DNA of 64,000 nucleotides from assembly GCF_009914755.1 (NCBI RefSeq), contig NC_060944.1. The stretch is one strand, 5' to 3'. The DNA comes from the human T2T-CHM13v2.0 reference genome, Homo sapiens. The notes under the pieces are model-generated. The model was not told the DNA's origin and made no database searches. It saw only the letters and a list, made by a program, of their open reading frames with translations. Both the position numbers and the translations under genes were made by a program. This document shows, piece after piece, positions 1 through 64,000 of this stretch. How positions within the stretch are numbered: the stretch's first letter is position 1; each line of letters begins with the position of its first letter.

Positions 1-48
1 TAGAATGCAGATATGATATCTGGAAGGGAAGCAGTCATCATGGACTGA

Positions 49-279
<231 letters not shown>

Positions 280-861
280 TAGAGATGGGGTTTCACCATG
301 TTAGCCAGGATGGTCTCGAACTCCTGACCTCATGATCCGCCCGTCTTGGCCTCCCAAAGTGCTAGGATTATAGGCGTGAGCCACCGACCTGGCCAGGACC
401 TGGGTTCTTAATGGTCGTGGTAACCACAGCAGTCCCATACTATTTACACAGACTTTATGTGAAAGATAAATTCTCTTGTTTAAGCTACTATTATTTTCAA
501 ACAGCTAAACTGAAATCTAAGAAATAAATAGATAATCACTATGCCCGAGGTCAGAAAACACATTAGAGGTACTGTGAAAGAAATAGGATTTGATATAAAA
601 ATGTAAAAAATAATCCTCATGTTTTATCTTAATGTAAAATTATCTAATTCAGAGTGTGGGCTGAGACCTTCCATGACATCAAGTGACAAAAGAATGGAGA
701 AAAACATGATTGAGGAAGAGTATAAATTAAAGAAGATTTATTTAGCATAGAGAAAAAAGGACATATAAAAAATTATTGCCGGGCGCAGTGGCTCATGCCT
801 GTAATCCCAGCACTTTGAGAGGCCAAGACGGGTGGATCACGAGGTCAGAAGTTCAAGATCA

Positions 862-1092
<231 letters not shown>

Positions 1093-1739
1093 TCACACCT
1101 GTAATACTAGTACTTTGGGAGGCTGAGGTGGTGGATCACTAGGTCAGGAGATCGAGACTGTTCTGGCCAACGTGGTGAAACCCTGTCTCTACTAAAAATA
1201 AAAAAATTAGCTGGGCATGGTGGTGCGTCCCTGTAATCCCAGCTACTCGGGAGGCTGAGGCAGAGAATTGCTTGAACTAGGGAGTCAGAGGTTGCAGTGA
1301 GCTGAGATTGCACCACTGCACTCCAGCCTGGTGACAGAGTGAGACTCCATCTTAAAAAAAAAAAACAAAAAAAAACAACAAAAAAAAACCAAAAAATTAT
1401 TACAAGAACAATTAGTTGGGCATGGTGGCTCACACCTGTTGTAATCCCAGCACTTTGGGAGGCTGAGGTGGGAGGATCGCTTGAGCCCAGGAGTTCAAGA
1501 TGAACCTGGGAAACACAGCGAGACTCCATTTCTACCAAAAAAAAAAAAAATTTAGCTGGGTGGGGTGGTGCATGCCTGTGGTCCTACTACTCAGGAGGCA
1601 GGAGGATCTCTTGAGCTTGGGAGGTAGACTGCAGTGAGACATGATCGTGCCTATGCACTCTAGTCTGGGCGACAGAGCAAGACCCTGTCTCAAAATAATA
1701 ATAAAAAAAGAATGATTAGTAGAGAAATACACTTAAATT

Positions 1740-1860
1740 TGCCTGTAGACCCAGGTACTCGGAGGGTAATGAAAGAGGATCACTTGAGCCTAGGAGTTTG
1801 GGCTCTAGCGTGCTATAACTGTGCCTGTGAATAGTCACTGTACTCCAACCTGGGCAATAG
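1740..1860 (+). mobile_element. FAM (fossil Alu monomer)-like SINE
   Basis: gcctgtgaatagtcactgtactcc segment typical of FAM. Confidence 0.6.
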
Positions 1861-2308
1861 AATGGGCTAGCCAACCATCTAGCTGTGGGATGCACTGCAG
1901 TCATGTTTGGTTATAAATATCTGATTAACATGTCTATCTTATCAGAAGCTGATGATTCAAAATGTGCTCGTAAGAGATAGGACAAATTCAAGTTATGTCT
2001 AAGGTCAACCGTTTTTAGTCCCTTTCCATTAATATTAAAATAATTTAGGCATTATAATAAGAACTGGTCATATGCTAATTTAAAGGGTAACACATTAGAT
2101 TTATTTTATTTATTTTTGAGTTTTGGAGACGGGATCTTACTCTGTTGCTTGGGCTGGAGTGTAGTAGCACCTTCTTAGCTCACTGCAGCCTCGAAATCAT
2201 GGGCTCATGTTATCCTCCCACTTCAGCCTCCTGAGTAGCTGGGACTACAGGCATGGGCCACTATGCTGGCTAATTTTTTAATTTTTTGGTAGAGACTGGG
2301 TCTCGCTA

Positions 2309-2713
<405 letters not shown>

Positions 2714-3224
2714 TCAAAAATAAATAAATAAATAATGGCTTGGGTGGTGACTCACACAGTAATCCCAGTGCTTTGGGAGGTCAAAGAGGGAGGATCACTT
2801 GAACCCAGGAGTTCAAGGCTACAGTGTGCCATGATCATGCCACTGCACTGTAGCTTGGGTAACAGAGCAAGACCTTGTCTCTAAAAATAATAATAATAAA
2901 AAATATATAGCCTTCTCACAGTATCCCAGCAATCTTTAGAATGATTCTTCGCTAATTAAAATTCACCCATGAGATCCAACATGTATTTGTCCCACAGTGA
3001 ACTCCATTCTACGGCAACATAACACAAAAGAGTTTCAGTAAATTCCAGAGGCTGGCCAACTACTTACTCAAAGTTAGAAAAGAATACAAGCTGGCAAAAA
3101 ACATAAGTTAGATCTGAAAACAGAATCAAACCCTGTGAGCCTGAGTCTAAACTTATAGCTCACCAGGATCATAATGTTCTCTTGAAAGGTCAAATGTATT
3201 TTTTAAGTGGCTAAAGGTACATTA

Positions 3225-6930
<3,706 letters not shown>

Positions 6931-7017
6931 AAAAAAAAGACCAAAGTCTGTCTCTGTTACTCAATCTTTCTTCCATTGATTAAACAAATTCTTCTAAAGT
7001 GCTATAAAAACACATAC

Positions 7018-63488
<56,471 letters not shown>

Positions 63489-64000
63489 CTGGCAAGCAAA
63501 AGACAAACAGCAAAACAGGTATAATATTATGTTAAAATGCTTTAATTCTAGAAACAAGAGATGTAGAATTATCTGGTCTCAATTTTCCTTATGTAGATAA
63601 AGGGCCAGAGAAGTGAAGATATTTGCCCAAGGTCACAAAGCTGTTAGTTGCAGTAATGGGTATAAAACTCCTTACTCTTAGTTCTGTGTTTTTACAACTA
63701 TAACATGCTAAATTAATATTAATCTAAAGATAAAAGCCTGGCTTGGTGGCTCATGTTTGTAATCCCAGTAACTCGGGAGGCTGAGGTGCGAGTATCACTT
63801 GATGCCAGGAGTTTAAGACTAGCCAGGGCAACGTAGACTCTAAAAATGAAAATAAAAAAATTAGCCAGGCATGGTGGTGCTTGCCTGCAGTCCCAGCTAC
63901 TTGGGTGGCTGAGGCAAGAGTATCGCTTAAGCTCAGGAGTTCAAGACTGCAGTGAGCTATGTTTGTGCCACTACATTCCAACATAGGCAGCTGAGCGAGA

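Overview
Human genomic DNA lying entirely inside the RBL1 (p107, retinoblastoma-like 1) gene, which is transcribed from the minus strand. Coding exons 2-16 (about codons 53-794) map with canonical AG/GT boundaries and a continuous frame; they cover the N-terminal domain, pocket A, the spacer with CDK sites and the KRRLF cyclin-binding motif, and the start of pocket B. Exon numbers assume one coding exon upstream of the window. The introns are extremely Alu-dense. They also contain old L1 fragments, Tigger-type MITEs, MaLR/ERVL LTRs, an ERV internal segment, an antisense RPS27A processed pseudogene and a young SVA. Nearly all short ORFs in the track are Alu/L1/SVA artefacts. I see no new gene system. 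The notable structures are retrotransposition and repair footprints: (1) an SVA whose TSDs enclose an 81-bp Alu-derived 5' transduction; (2) three local templated copies within about 13 kb (98 bp direct, about 800 bp tandem, 52 bp inverted), each at an Alu 5' end; (3) a 3.5-kb insert splitting an L1 that looks like a retrocopy of a unique-exon::ERV chimeric RNA and carries a C/D-box-like motif; (4) a possible recursive splice site at exon 5. Repeat family names and reference sequences are from memory, not from a search.
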